The notes beneath the pieces are model-generated. The model saw only the letters and a program-made list of their open reading frames with translations, was not told where the DNA came from and did no database searches. Shown here in pieces: positions 41,301 to 53,500 of a DNA stretch of 64,000 nt (positions are counted from its first letter, which is position 1; every line of letters starts with the position of its first letter). The DNA lies in NCBI RefSeq assembly GCF_964355755.1, contig NC_092674.1, positions 3,038,001 to 3,102,000 on the forward strand, in the 5' to 3' direction. The position numbers were made by a program, and so were the translations under genes. This DNA is from Antedon mediterranea. Its lineage: Eukaryota; Animalia; Echinodermata.

Positions 41301-44300
41301 AAGTAATTGTGAGTAGTATATTATACGTATGAAATGCCATATATGCCAAAATATTTATCTTTACTAATTACAGGCTAGAAACTAGTCTAAAGAGTATGTA
41401 TTAATGTTTAGCTTTGTCATAATTTTTTGTTTAGGCAGGAAGCATCAAGTTTACACTTCTGGACTCGTGCAGGAAAACGATTGCAAAACAAAATTCAGTT
41501 GCGTCGTACTCGACTTAATGACCAACCATTGCTAGTAGCTGAAGTACACAATCATTGCAAGTGTTCATCTGCGAATGATGTACCTTCACCTAATAATCAC
41601 ATTCATAAATTGGACCTTCAGACCTCTTTGCAGGAGGAAGCCGTTTCCTCTACATGCATCACACAATCAACTGACGTGGCAGGGTCATGTGACCTGATTT
41701 GTGAATTGGAAGATGAAGTCTCAGATAAAATGATTGGGCTGGAGGTGTCATGTGATGATGATGACAGCGATGATGATATTCAGATCATTAATGTTTCCGG
41801 GGAGATTACGGTCTCCGATCAACAGATTGAATCATTCATGATTGGTAATTCCCACCCTAAATTCATTGAATATTCACGCATCTCACGCATGAGGGCCAAT
41901 TTGTTATGCCTCACACATACATGGCTATTTCTCACGCATCCATACAAATATTCAGAAAAATTTAATATTTTTACATTAAATTGCCTATTTAACACGTTAT
42001 TTAATTAATTTGAGCATAAATAGCCTAGGCCTATGTTTATTTGTATTTTATGGTTGATGTAGTACAGGAAAGCCTAACTCAATTCAGCCAAAAAATTAAA
42101 CATAGAGGGTGTATTTCACAATTATTTTGAGTTATTATAACATAGAGGGTGCTATATACAATTGTAAGTTGTCACACATTGGCCACTGAACAAGTTTGCA
42201 GGTATGCATTACCTAATTTCAATTTCACAAATGGTAAACAATGGTTTGTCCTAAGTTTTTATTATCTTTTTAGCAACATTTCAAAGCCATCATAAGAAAA
42301 TGTCAAAATACCCAAGTTTTGAACTTGTTATGCGGAGATTGGAAGAAGCATTCCCAAGACACATAACCAACAGGTAAATTCTCACCCACCCCCCCCCCCC
42401 CACCCCACCAAAAAAGTAAAAGCTTTCTTGTTGTACTGTATAATATTTTCTTTGTTTGTTATTCCATTCCAACTGTCAATACAAATTTAATGTAATTAGG
42501 ACTTGATTTACATAGTACCACTAATACAAAGCAGAACAATACTAATAATAACTATTTTATAGAGAGAAGATAGTGAAACAAATATATAGAAAGTTAAAAA
42601 GAAGTTGTCCGAGACAAAACATAGATCTTGAAGTTGAGTGTGTTGTTGGGAACTACGAACTAACGAAGGATGACTTTGCTACGTTACGTAATGGCTGCTG
42701 GTTAAATGATAACGTAGGTATAGAATCCAGTGAGGGATCCAGAGAGGGAGGAGCTTGAGTGAGAGGTGGTGTAAATTCAATGCAAATAATCACATTTTGT
42801 CTCAAATTTACACAACATTTATTTCTAACGTTGGATGCTCTTCATAGTACATATTTTTAAAAGTAAATTTTGTATTTTTAATATTAATGTTTATACCTTA
42901 TGTACTGAATTGACTTCAGTAGTTTAAAGTTATAGCGCCCCCACTCTTTAAAAGTTCATTGAGTACTAATTGCCGGTTAACTTACACCTTATGTGAGGAC
43001 ACATATTAGTATAGTCAATATAAAAAAGTTTTGGAATATAGAGTTTTGTAATACTCTAAAAGGGTCTTACGTGACAAGATTTTTTATCTTCTGGTAATGA
43101 TCCTATTATTTTTATGTTATATCCAATCTATCTTATATCTTTTTCATGTCATTGATGAAATAAATGTTGTTGAATTGAATACAAACAGCAAAAACAACTT
43201 AAATCCTTATATGGGAATACATGCCATAACTCTGTTTCTTTATTACACTGTACTAATTATATTTATAAAGATAGATTGTCCTCCTAAACATTTTTTTTTC
43301 AAATTTTTTGTTGACTCAATATGCCAATTTAATGTCACATAATAGTTATTCGCTTTGACCAAAAACTGATATAATAATTTTTTTTGGTTTTTGTTTTTTT
43401 ACAAAATGGTTAGTATTTAAAGTCTGATTTTATTATCTTCATTTTTCATGTTTTTGGAGGAACATGCATCTTTAATGATAATATAATTTGTTTTTTTTAG
43501 ATCATCAATGCATACATGTATCTGCTGTCTGTAGCAGATTCTACAGTTTATCCGTTCAGTACATTTTTTTATCCAACGTTAATGAATAAAGGGTACAAAT
43601 CAGTTGAAAAGTGGACTAAAAAGGTAATGTGTACTTTCTATGTATTCAGTCAACTCAAAATCAACTATGAGGTCACTCAGCCAATGACATATAAATCAAC
43701 ATCTAAAGCTCTGTCTACACTATCAAATTATATTTGACAAAAATGTGATGTGCCCATATATGGACATAATGATGTCATATCACTACCTTATTTGTGCATA
43801 TCACTACCATATTTGGGCACATCACACTTTTTTTTATCAAACTAGTTTGATAGTGTAGTGTAGACAGAGCTTTATATTGATATCAAAGTATCATATTCAT
43901 GTTTTGATGTATTAAATGTTGAAATACAATATAGAAGTTTTTCATTTTCTGGTATTTATAGCATAATAGGTTATAATTCAACCTCATAAATATTCATTAA
44001 ATATGAACAACCTTGAAAAGGAATCAGGTTTAGCTGTAAATTACAGTGTGGCTTGACAACACACCAAATTTAATCATAAATTATTTGTTTTATAATATTG
44101 TTTAGTTGTTAAAATGTCTGGCAATTGGTTGTTTATTTATCTGATTGCAGATAAGTTTTTAACACTTTATTTGAGATGTTGTTTGGAGGAAAAGTTCAGA
44201 AATTGTATACAAATATTAAAATAATACATTTTTTTTTTCATTTAGAAAAATCTGTTTAAGTATCGCCTGCTTCTTGTACCAGTACATCTTGACGTCCATT

Positions 44301-45597
44301 GGACGATTGCATATATCGATGTCAAAGGTCAAATCATTGAGTACTATGATTCGATGGGATCAGAAAATCATGCTTGTTTAGTGGTAGGTTGATTTGACAT
44401 CTGACTCCAGATGTTGTGCCACCTTGAGCTATTAAATTCGTGCTTGATTTATGTATTATATTGTAGAACCTCTCCTTTAAAACTTATATTCGAAGAAACC
44501 TCAATTATGGGAAAGTTTCCTGTCATGAAACAGATAAAAGGAAATGTTCTATAGCCAACCTTATTGAGAAAATGCCCTCAGGTAATTGTGTTTGCCCCCA
44601 CCTGCATGAAATCAAACCTGCTTGTTGTGCATTAACGTTATTTGCTGTAGACTGTAGACTCGGTTCACCGCACGCGTACTATGTACTATGTTTTCCATTG
44701 TCGTTGCATGAAATCAAACTGATTTGATTTCCCATAGCGATGTCGTCTGTTCCCACTTGAGTGACGCAATACAGCACTTTGCGTCGATACGTCACTGCGT
44801 TGCATGCTAGTGAGAACCACGCTTTAGAGGACAATTTGTCAGGTCTGGAGGTGTCCCCTTAATAGAGGGTCTACTGAAATAAAGAGGGATTCTATTATCT
44901 AAGCGCTTGTTATATCATAGCTAAAATTTCACTTCAGAACCTGAAACAGTTTATGATATTGGAAGCCACTAAACATCAAAACTCGCAATCCACATTGAGA
45001 AAATGGAAAACATCAACTGTAGAGGGTGCTGTTCCAAGACAGACTATTGGAGGAGATTGCGGAGTGTTTGCTTGTCAAGTAAGTTGACAGGTTTTATAAA
45101 TCTATGGTGTGAATAAAAAAGGCCAAATAAAAACAAAATTAGTTTTACTTTCGGGGTTTGAAATTTGTTTTTGATATTTAACTATCATTATCATGTTTTG
45201 GTATGTTGGTTAAATGTCACAAACTATGATTTAACTTCTTTAAAAAAAATATGTACACAAATTTTACGCCCTGACCAAATATATAAAATGATAATAAAAA
45301 AAATAATATAAAAAGTTGTACAGCTCCAAAATGAGGGAAAGCTAACTAATTTGGTTTTTTTTTATCTGTGACATCCAATTGTGAATTTCTGTAACATTAA
45401 TTTGCTGTCTGATAAATTTAAATAAATTAATGTTAGAGTGAGCCTGATGATTAAATTAATAAATGTGTTTTTTTTTTTTTTTGCAGTTTGCAAGGTGTTT
45501 GGTTGCCAGAAAACCACCAGAATTCTATCAAATTCAGATGCCTCGACTGCGTCAAGAAATTAGGAAAGATATTCACAACGGAAATGTTTCTCTATAA
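38329..45597 (+). CDS. Ulp1/SENP (peptidase C48) SUMO-protease-like protein with an N-terminal ubiquitin-like domain and SIM, 9 exons, ~433 aa
   Basis: Exons 38329-38379, 38663-38739, 41435-41844, 42274-42373, 42563-42713, 43501-43623, 44246-44383, 44938-45078, 45487-45597 (1302 nt, GT-AG, phases consistent). C48 motifs WLNDNIINAYM, FSTFFY, V.KWTKK, LVPVHLDVHW, YYDSMG, PRQ..GGDCGVF (His-Asp-Cys triad and oxyanion Gln intact). The catalytic exons are secure; the 5' exons are less so. Confidence 0.8.
38801..38942 (+). mobile_element. Penelope-like terminal-repeat fragment with a hammerhead-like core
   Basis: ATGATGA-A-GGGC-loop-GCCC-GAAA followed by the T-rich segment shared with 35925-36090. 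Confidence 0.45.
38945..40418 (+). mobile_element. Non-autonomous Helentron (HINE/DINE-1-like), ~1.47 kb
   Basis: 5' subTIR TAGGTTATATGCAT with adjacent inverted copy ATGCATATAACCT; (TTTA)n; 3' subTIR ATGCATATAACCTA at 40375-40388; hairpin AATTCGTCA-TAG-TGACGAATT at 40390-40410; CTAG|TT end. Confidence 0.8.
40690..41210 (+). mobile_element. 3' fragment of a CR1/L2-group LINE
   Basis: EKVQ.RATR, YEQRL..LGL..M.YRR.RAD, RTRGHPYKL, FS.RVI..WNALP motifs; (GTAA)n tail at ~41190-41210. Confidence 0.85.
43708..43871. mobile_element. MITE family A
   Basis: Complete TIRs with TAA/TTA flanks. More copies at ~50270-50382, ~51243-51397, ~56178, ~56430-56600 and ~57628-57762. Confidence 0.75.
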
Positions 45598-46479
45598 ATT
45601 TTAAAATCTTCATTTTAATATTCGTTTTTTTTTAATATATACAGTGGGACTGTTTTAATATGTGGTGCTGGAGTATTGCAGTTGTGTATGTATATAAAAA
45701 TTATCTTAGTTTTATTCGCGTAATTAAACAAATTATTATGCTAATATTAATTTAAAAAGAAGATTAATTAAGAAGCCTTATTTTAAGAAATAATAAAATT
45801 CATAAGACACAAACTCGTGTATCATATCCTTATATTTAATTGTGAAAATCCCTAATTTAAATGTAGTTTATTATTACATTATAACATTTATTTTTCTTTT
45901 TTATGTACAAAGTTTGTGATGAATTAATTATAAATAAGAGCGAAGAATCCCAAAAAGCGAAACGTGTGAAGGGCTGCCTAAATAAAAATAAGGTGCAATT
46001 TTATCGAATATAAGTGCATTACATAGAAAGCTGATAAGGTGCTATTATAATGAAACTTTATGCTTCTGTTTTGTAGGCCATTAGTATCATTCTTGTTTGT
46101 GAGAACATTTAAGAGCCTCACTAGTCATTCCATCACGTACGTACGTCTACACAAGTGTATTCATATCCTTATAATTTATAGCGCTGATTTCTAGTTTTAT
46201 ATTACATATTAAAATTCATAACGCTAAACGTACGGTAAACACTGTGCCCATTTCGATAGAAATCGTAAAAGATCATATGCCTAAACAACCTACATTTAAA
46301 AACGTCTGACGGTGATAGCTGGGGGTATATCATTGAGCTATTTTACTAGTTTCAGAGCTCCATGGGAGCTCAATTAATTTCGCATAATAATCATCTGCGC
46401 ACGCGTACTAGCGGTTGGCGGTTCGTGGACTTTTCTTTTAAATTGCTTTGCAGGGAGATAATATTTAAGGCTGACATAA

Positions 46480-46630
46480 AGCTTGGTTCCCACTAGCGAC
46501 ACAACGCAAGGACGTAAGTGATTTGACCGACGATCACAAGCGATGGATTATTCGAACAGTGGCTAGCATTGGTCAACTCGCTTGCGTTGCGCGTACATCT
46601 TTGCGATGCCTCTCCAGTGGGAACCACACT
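46480..46630. mobile_element. Harbinger-type MITE family B
   Basis: AGCTTGGTTCCCACTAG ... CAGTGGGAACCACACT, with internal ACGCAAG/CTTGCGT palindromic organisation. Confidence 0.7.
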
Positions 46631-47040
46631 TTACAGAAATCCTACTATCACGTAGAATGCAATCAAACGTATGAATTTGCAGTATGTACATCGTCAAAAG
46701 AAAAATAAATTACAGAGAATAGTTTCAAACATTTAAGTAATTAAATGTTGTCTTGATTTATGGCTGTGTTAAGGTGAAAAAACCAATAGAATATCACATT
46801 TCTGGGTTAGGCCTGTAGGGTTTCTAGCGCCCAATAAACTATTAAACTTCAAACATTATTAATGTTAACATTTAACCTATTAAACGTTTTTTATTTAGTT
46901 GTTATAAGGATTAATCATAGAAAACAAGCAATGTTTAGTAATTAAATGGAATTTAGGTAAAGTGTCGAGCGGAGAGTTTCAAAATGCTGTGGTATAATTA
47001 AATATTATATTATGTTCTAATTAACAATAATTAATTGTAC

Positions 47041-47318
47041 TATTTAACAACAAATTTGACTGTTTTATCTATGAAATGTTGTATATCAGACAATTAAAAC
47101 CTAGTCTGAATAAACAAAGTGACTCTGTAAAAGCTAAGCTTTTCATTTGACAGGATGTTAGACAATAGGTCTTTTGTTATTTAAACTTTGACCCTTGGCT
47201 TGTGCTACTTAATTAGTTGTTGTTTTATATTTTATTCATTGGACTTGATAATGACCCCATGATGGAGTCGAAACGTCGTTCTCTTTTAGCGTTATTTTTA
47301 TATTATGTATTTAACAAC
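47041..47318 (+). mobile_element. Penelope-like solo terminal repeat carrying a minimal hammerhead ribozyme motif
   Basis: Bounded by the direct repeat TATTTAACAAC (47041-47051 and 47308-47318); hammerhead-like motif at 47241-47281. Confidence 0.55.
47241..47281 (+). ncRNA. Minimal type I hammerhead ribozyme motif (U3-A8 variant)
   Basis: GGAC-UUGAUAA-U-GACCCCA-uga-UGGAGUC-GAAAC-GUC-GUUC: stem I GGAC/GUUC, stem II with one mismatch, GAAA core, GUC cleavage triplet. Confidence 0.5.
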
Positions 47319-47330
47319 TGCCAATAATAA

Positions 47331-47606
47331 AGCTTGGTTCCCACTAGGACGCAACGCAAGGACATCTGCCGCAACGCCAGCGAATAGACCAATCCAAGCG
47401 ATGTGTAATTCGAACCGTTCATTGTGATTGGTCAATTCAATTCAATTCACATTTATTTACTCATCGTTTATAAATATAGTTTCATAATATAAATGATGGC
47501 AAGGATCCTGCATAGAGAATTTTACAATTCTGTTTTCGCATGATGCAGGACCCCTTTACATAATTTTTACAATTCCCTTGCGTTGCGTGCTAGTGGAAAC
47601 CAAGCT
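47331..47606. mobile_element. MITE family B with an internal insertion, 12 bp downstream of the TRIM stop codon
   Basis: TIRs AGCTTGGTTCCCACTAG / CTAGTGGAAACCAAGCT; an unrelated segment ~47436-47575 starts with (AATTC)n. Confidence 0.7.
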
Positions 47607-47618
47607 TATGCAATAATT

Positions 47619-49856
47619 TTACAAATCAAATAGTTTGGCACAATCGTTGCCACAGTCCACCACAATCAATTTACTGCCATCTTTACTAATACAGACGCCA
47701 TTCGGGTACTTCAGTCTATCGACGTCAGTATCGACGCGACAAATAAAAGTTCCGTCAGAGCGAAATTTCAGCACCCGATTATTCCAGTCGTTGCACACGT
47801 AAATGTTATCATTCGTATCCGTACATAACCCGGTCGGATACTTAACGGCTTCGTTGTCCTCAGACAAGATTAACTCATTCAAGAAATGTCCGTCTTTACA
47901 AAACATCTGGAGACGGTGGTTTTCGCGGTCTGACACGATCAGTTCATCGTTCGTACTCACAGTCGCAGTCAGCGGTCCGCGAAATTGTCCACAACCGTTT
48001 CCGTTGCTACCGATATCCCGGATATGCCGTCCGTTAGCCGTAAACACTTTAACCATGTGATCGTCGTGGTCTACGACATACACGTTACCACTTAGGCTAA
48101 GAGCTAGGCCACATGGCTTCTTTAGTACATTCATTCCAAATCGACCGAGTAAATGCCCCTCTATGTCGCACACAATAATTTGACAGTTTCCCGCATCCGA
48201 TATGTAAATGACTCCATCGCCAGTTGCAACGATATCTGTTGGTTCGAAACTTTTCTCGGTACTTGGAAAAGAAAGATGTGTTTTGTATCGTCCGTCGATA
48301 TCAAAAATTCGGATAACTTTATTTCCAGTATCGGCTATTAGAACATGTTTTTCACCAAACATGCAGACACCCGATGGCTCTCTTAGACATCCGGACTCAC
48401 TGCCATCACCAGCGCCAAATTTTATTCGATGATTTGTTGACGATGATACGTCAATATAATAAGGACTCTCGCTGAGTTGCCGTCCTAGTACGGAGAGAAT
48501 AAGACGATGACGTCCTTCGCTTAAAGGACGAAATGTTACGTCGTAGTTGCCGTTGTCATCATTGATGACGCGCGCGATACCGACCTCCCCATTGGGTGAA
48601 CAAAGTTTAGCCGAGACTGGGATTGGTTGTTCGCTGTCGTTCTGCTCATTTTCTTCGATGCTTAAATCGTCCATTCGTAAAGTAAACTGGACGTCTTCAC
48701 CGACAGCAACAGCCTGCGGTGGCGGAGCTTCCGACATAAAAACAGTTCGGTAAATTTTCGTTTCATTTCTTTCAATTTTTCCAAAAAGTTCTGATTCATT
48801 CAGATCATCCTCTCCAGCAATAAATCCCACCGAAGTTTCCTCCGGCACGTCAGTACTGACGTCAGTCTGCAAGACGCGCTGGAGTTTAACTGAACTTTGT
48901 AAGCTCTGCGTTAGAAGAGCGATTTCATTACCTCTTTCCAGCAGTCCTTCAGTCACACCGTTAATACTATCAATTTCTTCAACTAACTCATCAAATCTAC
49001 TGATTTCCTCGTCAAGTTCAGAACTACGTTCATGAAAAAACTCATCGTATTCTCCGATGATCTTGTGCTCATGTCGTTCAAGTATTGCTATGAGAAACTC
49101 TTTGCGTTGTCGAATTTTGTTGACGTTCTTCTCTCGGCTAGATTCAAGGTTCTCTTTTAGTTTTCTCAGTCCATGGAGTGTTTCACTAGCTTTCTGCGCT
49201 TTGATTCGTGCTTTCTGTATCAGACTAGTCATGTACGACCGTCTTCCCTCAGCAGCACTTTCAATCGACATCTGCTGATGACCCGGAAGCGGATGCAGAG
49301 TCGCGCAGCACTTTCTACATATCACGCGCTCACACGTCCGACAATAAAACTGTATCTCATATTCTGGATGATCTGTGCAGTGATCTGGGTTGAGGATTTT
49401 CATTCGTGCGGTTGGCATGGCTTGTGAGCTTCTATACTCATCCATCGTCTGAACTATGTGATTCCTGGTCAGACGTAAACGACGATGCGCGCTACCACAA
49501 TCGCTGCATAAAAACTCCAAGCAGACGGTACAGTAGTTGGAAGCCGTCCTCTCGCATCCATGACAAGGCGTAGCGTTATCTTCGCATTCCTTTTTAAGCG
49601 AAATAAAATCGATTATATTATTAATGAAGAAGTTGTCTGGTAGGCTACTAACACCGTTTTCCGGAAGTGGGTAATCCTTGCGACAAACGGGGCATGATAA
49701 TCCATCGTTTCTGTCAACCCATTGCTCTAAACAATCTTCACAGAACGTGTGCTGGCAAGGCAGAACCTTCGGCTTGGTCAGACGATCAAGACAAAGTGTA
49801 CATTGCAAAAACTGACGGTCTAAGTCTTCTGCTTTGAACGTGTTTTCAGTTGCCAT
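47619..49856 (-). CDS. TRIM-NHL E3 ubiquitin ligase (RING, B-box1, B-box2, coiled coil, filamin, NHL repeats; TRIM2/3/56/71-like), intronless CDS, 745 aa
   Basis: RING CTLC..LPCQHTFCEDC..CPVC; B-boxes CHGC..CTVCLEFLCSDC...H and CTDH....FYCRTCERVICRKC; filamin DNGNYDVTFRP..EGRHRL...SPY; NHL repeats (L.EPSGV, F.GP, SDRENHRLQ, LKYPNGV). 5' UTR acceptor before 49881. Confidence 0.93.
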   Translation of the reverse strand: MATENTFKAEDLDRQFLQCTLCLDRLTKPKVLPCQHTFCEDCLEQWVDRNDGLSCPVCRKDYPLPENGVSSLPDNFFINNIIDFISLKKECEDNATPCHGCERTASNYCTVCLEFLCSDCGSAHRRLRLTRNHIVQTMDEYRSSQAMPTARMKILNPDHCTDHPEYEIQFYCRTCERVICRKCCATLHPLPGHQQMSIESAAEGRRSYMTSLIQKARIKAQKASETLHGLRKLKENLESSREKNVNKIRQRKEFLIAILERHEHKIIGEYDEFFHERSSELDEEISRFDELVEEIDSINGVTEGLLERGNEIALLTQSLQSSVKLQRVLQTDVSTDVPEETSVGFIAGEDDLNESELFGKIERNETKIYRTVFMSEAPPPQAVAVGEDVQFTLRMDDLSIEENEQNDSEQPIPVSAKLCSPNGEVGIARVINDDNGNYDVTFRPLSEGRHRLILSVLGRQLSESPYYIDVSSSTNHRIKFGAGDGSESGCLREPSGVCMFGEKHVLIADTGNKVIRIFDIDGRYKTHLSFPSTEKSFEPTDIVATGDGVIYISDAGNCQIIVCDIEGHLLGRFGMNVLKKPCGLALSLSGNVYVVDHDDHMVKVFTANGRHIRDIGSNGNGCGQFRGPLTATVSTNDELIVSDRENHRLQMFCKDGHFLNELILSEDNEAVKYPTGLCTDTNDNIYVCNDWNNRVLKFRSDGTFICRVDTDVDRLKYPNGVCISKDGSKLIVVDCGNDCAKLFDL

Positions 49857-52557
49857 AGTTCGATGACTTTTCTTGTTGAAGCTGCAAACAGAAAATCAAA
49901 TATCACTTACTATTTAATACGATTCTATTAAAGAATAATAGGCCTAATATTGTTTATTCAATGGCAAAATTCCAGTTGGTCGGGCCTCTTAGACCCCCTA
50001 GATACTGCTTCACTCCTACCTCACGGGTCATCTAATACTCAACAGAAAAGAAACAGATTGCAATCAGCTTATGTGACAATTTACCAAAATTTTATGAACA
50101 TTAATATCAAACGTTCGTTTTCCGATAATCCGACAGGTATGTACTGTTGTGGTACAACACAATAAACCACCCCAAACCACAGCCTCTTTGAACCGTACCG
50201 TACTTTTTCCACTTCCATTTTTCTACACGATAACCGGTACACTTACAAAGATAATTCCACACCATCTAACTAGTGTAACACAAAAAGTGCGACGTGCCCA
50301 AATATGGAAGTGAGTGATGACATCATCATGTCCATTTGGGCACATCACATTTTTTGTCACATTTAAAAGTGTAGACAGAGCTTAAGGGGTAACGTCCGAC
50401 TTTTTGTATTTCTTTTTCACACAAATCTTAATTAGCCTATGGAAAACACACACAAATCTCAATCATGTAGAGCCTATATACATCTATTCTCCTAATATAT
50501 TATCCTACCTGTTACCAATACAGCTAACACTTGCAAGTTTAATACTAGTAAAACTGAACTTGTTCATGTCTCACGTCGCCTACTACGAATGCAATCATTT
50601 TCACAACCACAGACTTTAGTACATTCCATTCTACCAGTCGGCGTAAATTGTTATTTATGAAGCCTTTTTGGTTATACTGTATAAGTTTACTGTCGTGTGG
50701 GTGTAGTAGATAAATGTCTCTCTACAATGAAAGTTATGTTTGTTTTGTCATGAAAGTGACACTAAATTCGAATGACATGCACCTCCCCTCGAGTTCGCCC
50801 ATGATTTATAATGACAATACAGTGACTCACTTGTTAAAAAATGTTTTATATTGTCGTATTTTTGCCCCAAACCTATATATAAATTGAGAATTATTATAAA
50901 TAATGTATAACTTTTCTATAAAAATTGACACTATTTTAAAAGGGACAAGGGTCAAGGGTCAAGGGTCGAGGACGGGCCAAGTCTGGACATCAACCATAGA
51001 GTTATGCTGAAAAAAGGGGTACCCCTAACTACTATTTTTTATTTAATTTACTATATTGGGTTCCTATTGATGAAACTTAACATTTTGAAGCTACATGGTT
51101 AATTCTTCAAGTTAAAAAAAGCAACTTAAATGCTCATTTGTATATATGGTATCCTTGAAATAATATAACTCTATAACAATTAAATTATACGAAAAATTGG
51201 AATTCACGATTTAATTAATTCGCAGTCTTTTGAATCTCAATCTCTGTCTACACAGCTATCAAACTTTATGTGACAAATGGATTCTCCTATATAACATGAT
51301 GATGTCATATCACTACCATATTTGGGAATATCACAACATTATTTGGGCACATCACACCTTTTTTGTCAAACTAGTGTGATAGTGTAAACAGAGAGCTTTA
51401 AAACATTTCACCAGGAAACTGTAATGAATATTTTTGTGTTTGTACGAAAGTACCTGAACTACCTGAATGTGCATTGATCCGAAAGGACTCCATGACATTC
51501 AGAATGCAAGTATGACCATTTTTTCCGGTTTTAGTGATAATTTTTTATGGAAAATATGTCAGAAAAAAAGGCAAAACTACAGAATACATTATCTGTATAC
51601 AATTCTTTAGGTTAATAAACCAGTAATAAAATACGTACGTGTGCCACGATTGCATCCAGCAATATTTTTACAGAATCTATCTTGCCATAACTTCAGACGT
51701 GTCAGTGTTTGTGGCAATACCGTTTGATTTGTCAAAATGAAATGTGACCGGTTCGAATCACCATACAGTTTTTTATGTATTTTATGAATGTTTTTTTAAT
51801 CTATTACTCTAAAAAACATGACCATTAAAACCGGTGCAATATATCTTATATACGTTTTTATATATCTATATATGTTTTTATCATGTCTAAATATGTTTTT
51901 GAATAAATACAAAAAAATACATGACCTTTTTCATATAAAATACAACCTTTGTTGAATTATATTGACACCAAATAAGCTTCATTGAGCACTATTTATATAT
52001 GTATGTGTGTCTCTCAACATCCGGCTGCTACCGTACGGGGGTCGGGTTCATAGCCCTCCTTTTGCCTCGCAGTTTCAAGTTCCCCAGCCGATCCCTTCCT
52101 AACTTCCTAAATGGGTTCCTACTTTAAATCATAGGCCTAACGGTAATCAATTATGACACTGATAGTGATAGTATTCTCTAATACCCACTTAAAACTATGC
52201 GTGGAACTCAAGAAAAATGTCCGTGGGTTGCATGGTAGTATAGTTGCATGATCCAACCCAACCTCACAATAGGCCTAAACCAGTCCGGGCTGCGCACGAG
52301 GATGTCATTATCGATGTAAATTAATTATAGCACTTGAACCCCAGTGACACGTGCCATCCCAGGCAGGTTCACTTAGTTCATAGCCGTAATTAAAAACAAT
52401 AAATTTGTAATATTTATAGGTCTTGGGCTTCGCAAATGTTGATAAAACTAATAATTTGTTATGGTTGCTAAGAAACAGAAGAGTATTTTATGCTAGAGTA
52501 GTAAATTTTCGAACTATTTAAGACACGTATTGAACAAAAGAGAATATAATTCCTTAA

Positions 52558-52752
52558 AGATGTATTTTCCTCCAAAAACATGAACAATGAAGATGAATAA
52601 AATCAGACTTTAAATAGGTCATTTTGCAGTTTTAATAAAGATATTCACACTTATTTAAAGACAAAAGTTAATTTTAACAAAAAAACTATTATGTGACATT
52701 AAAATGGCATATTCAACAACAACAAAAAATTGTTTAGGGGCAAAATATAACT
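52558..52752. mobile_element. Kolobok-like MITE with TTAA TSD
   Basis: TTAA|AGATGTATTTTCCTCC ... GGGGCAAAATATAACT|TTAA (12/16 TIR match). Confidence 0.55.
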
Positions 52753-53305
52753 TTAATTATTGCTATACTATAAAAAAAATATATAAAATCCATTTTAATG
52801 TTTAAATTTAAAATGTTTTCTATGTCTTATTGATGCAGATCTACCCAACCCAGTATGCACAGGGAAAACACGACCAACAAATGCCAGTAATAAATCCTTG
52901 CAGTATCTTATGTAAGGCAGACGCCTATAGTACGTATTATTCATAAAGGTATGCAAAACGATATGATTTGATATATTTACAATCAATACAGCCGATTCTA
53001 TATATAAAAGAATCCTGTACAAATCACATTTAAAATCGGTAATAGCAGGAAGATATGTTTATTTTACATCTCCTGGTTATAATAATAACAGTTTACTAAC
53101 TACCATTCATGAAATGCTAATTAAAGATGTAGGCCACGGAAGATGGAGTAACATTTAGTAGGCCTAACTTGATCACGGTCATTGGCAGACAATCTTAACA
53201 ATGAAGACGATAGGCCCATCCTGATCTGTAGGTCTATAGGCCCACTACGTGACTCTCCTTACACTAATATTAATACTATATAGCTATACTGTACAGTATA
53301 CTCAC

Positions 53306-53500
53306 CAATAGATTAAATCTGAAAATTAATCACATTTGATAGCCTTTAAAACACCCTGTACGTTTTTAAAACTCAACAATTATATACCAATATTAAATAA
53401 TTAAGCCAGTTTTAATGCTTTGGGACTTTCGGTATTGTGATCATTAGGCGCATGCGCTAATTATTAATTTAGCAGTGACGGTGACGTCAGAAAATTCCGA
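53306..53500 (-). promoter_or_regulatory. Probable TRIM promoter and non-coding first exon
   Basis: Donor TTG|GTGAGT after 53306; GGGACTTTCG 53422-53431; GCGCATGCGC 53448-53457; TGACGTCA 53482-53489; GAAAATTCC 53490-53498. Confidence 0.45.

Noticed and set aside
47803-49427. Plus-strand ORFs overlapping the TRIM gene
   Set aside because: Antisense shadows of a long GC-richer CDS.
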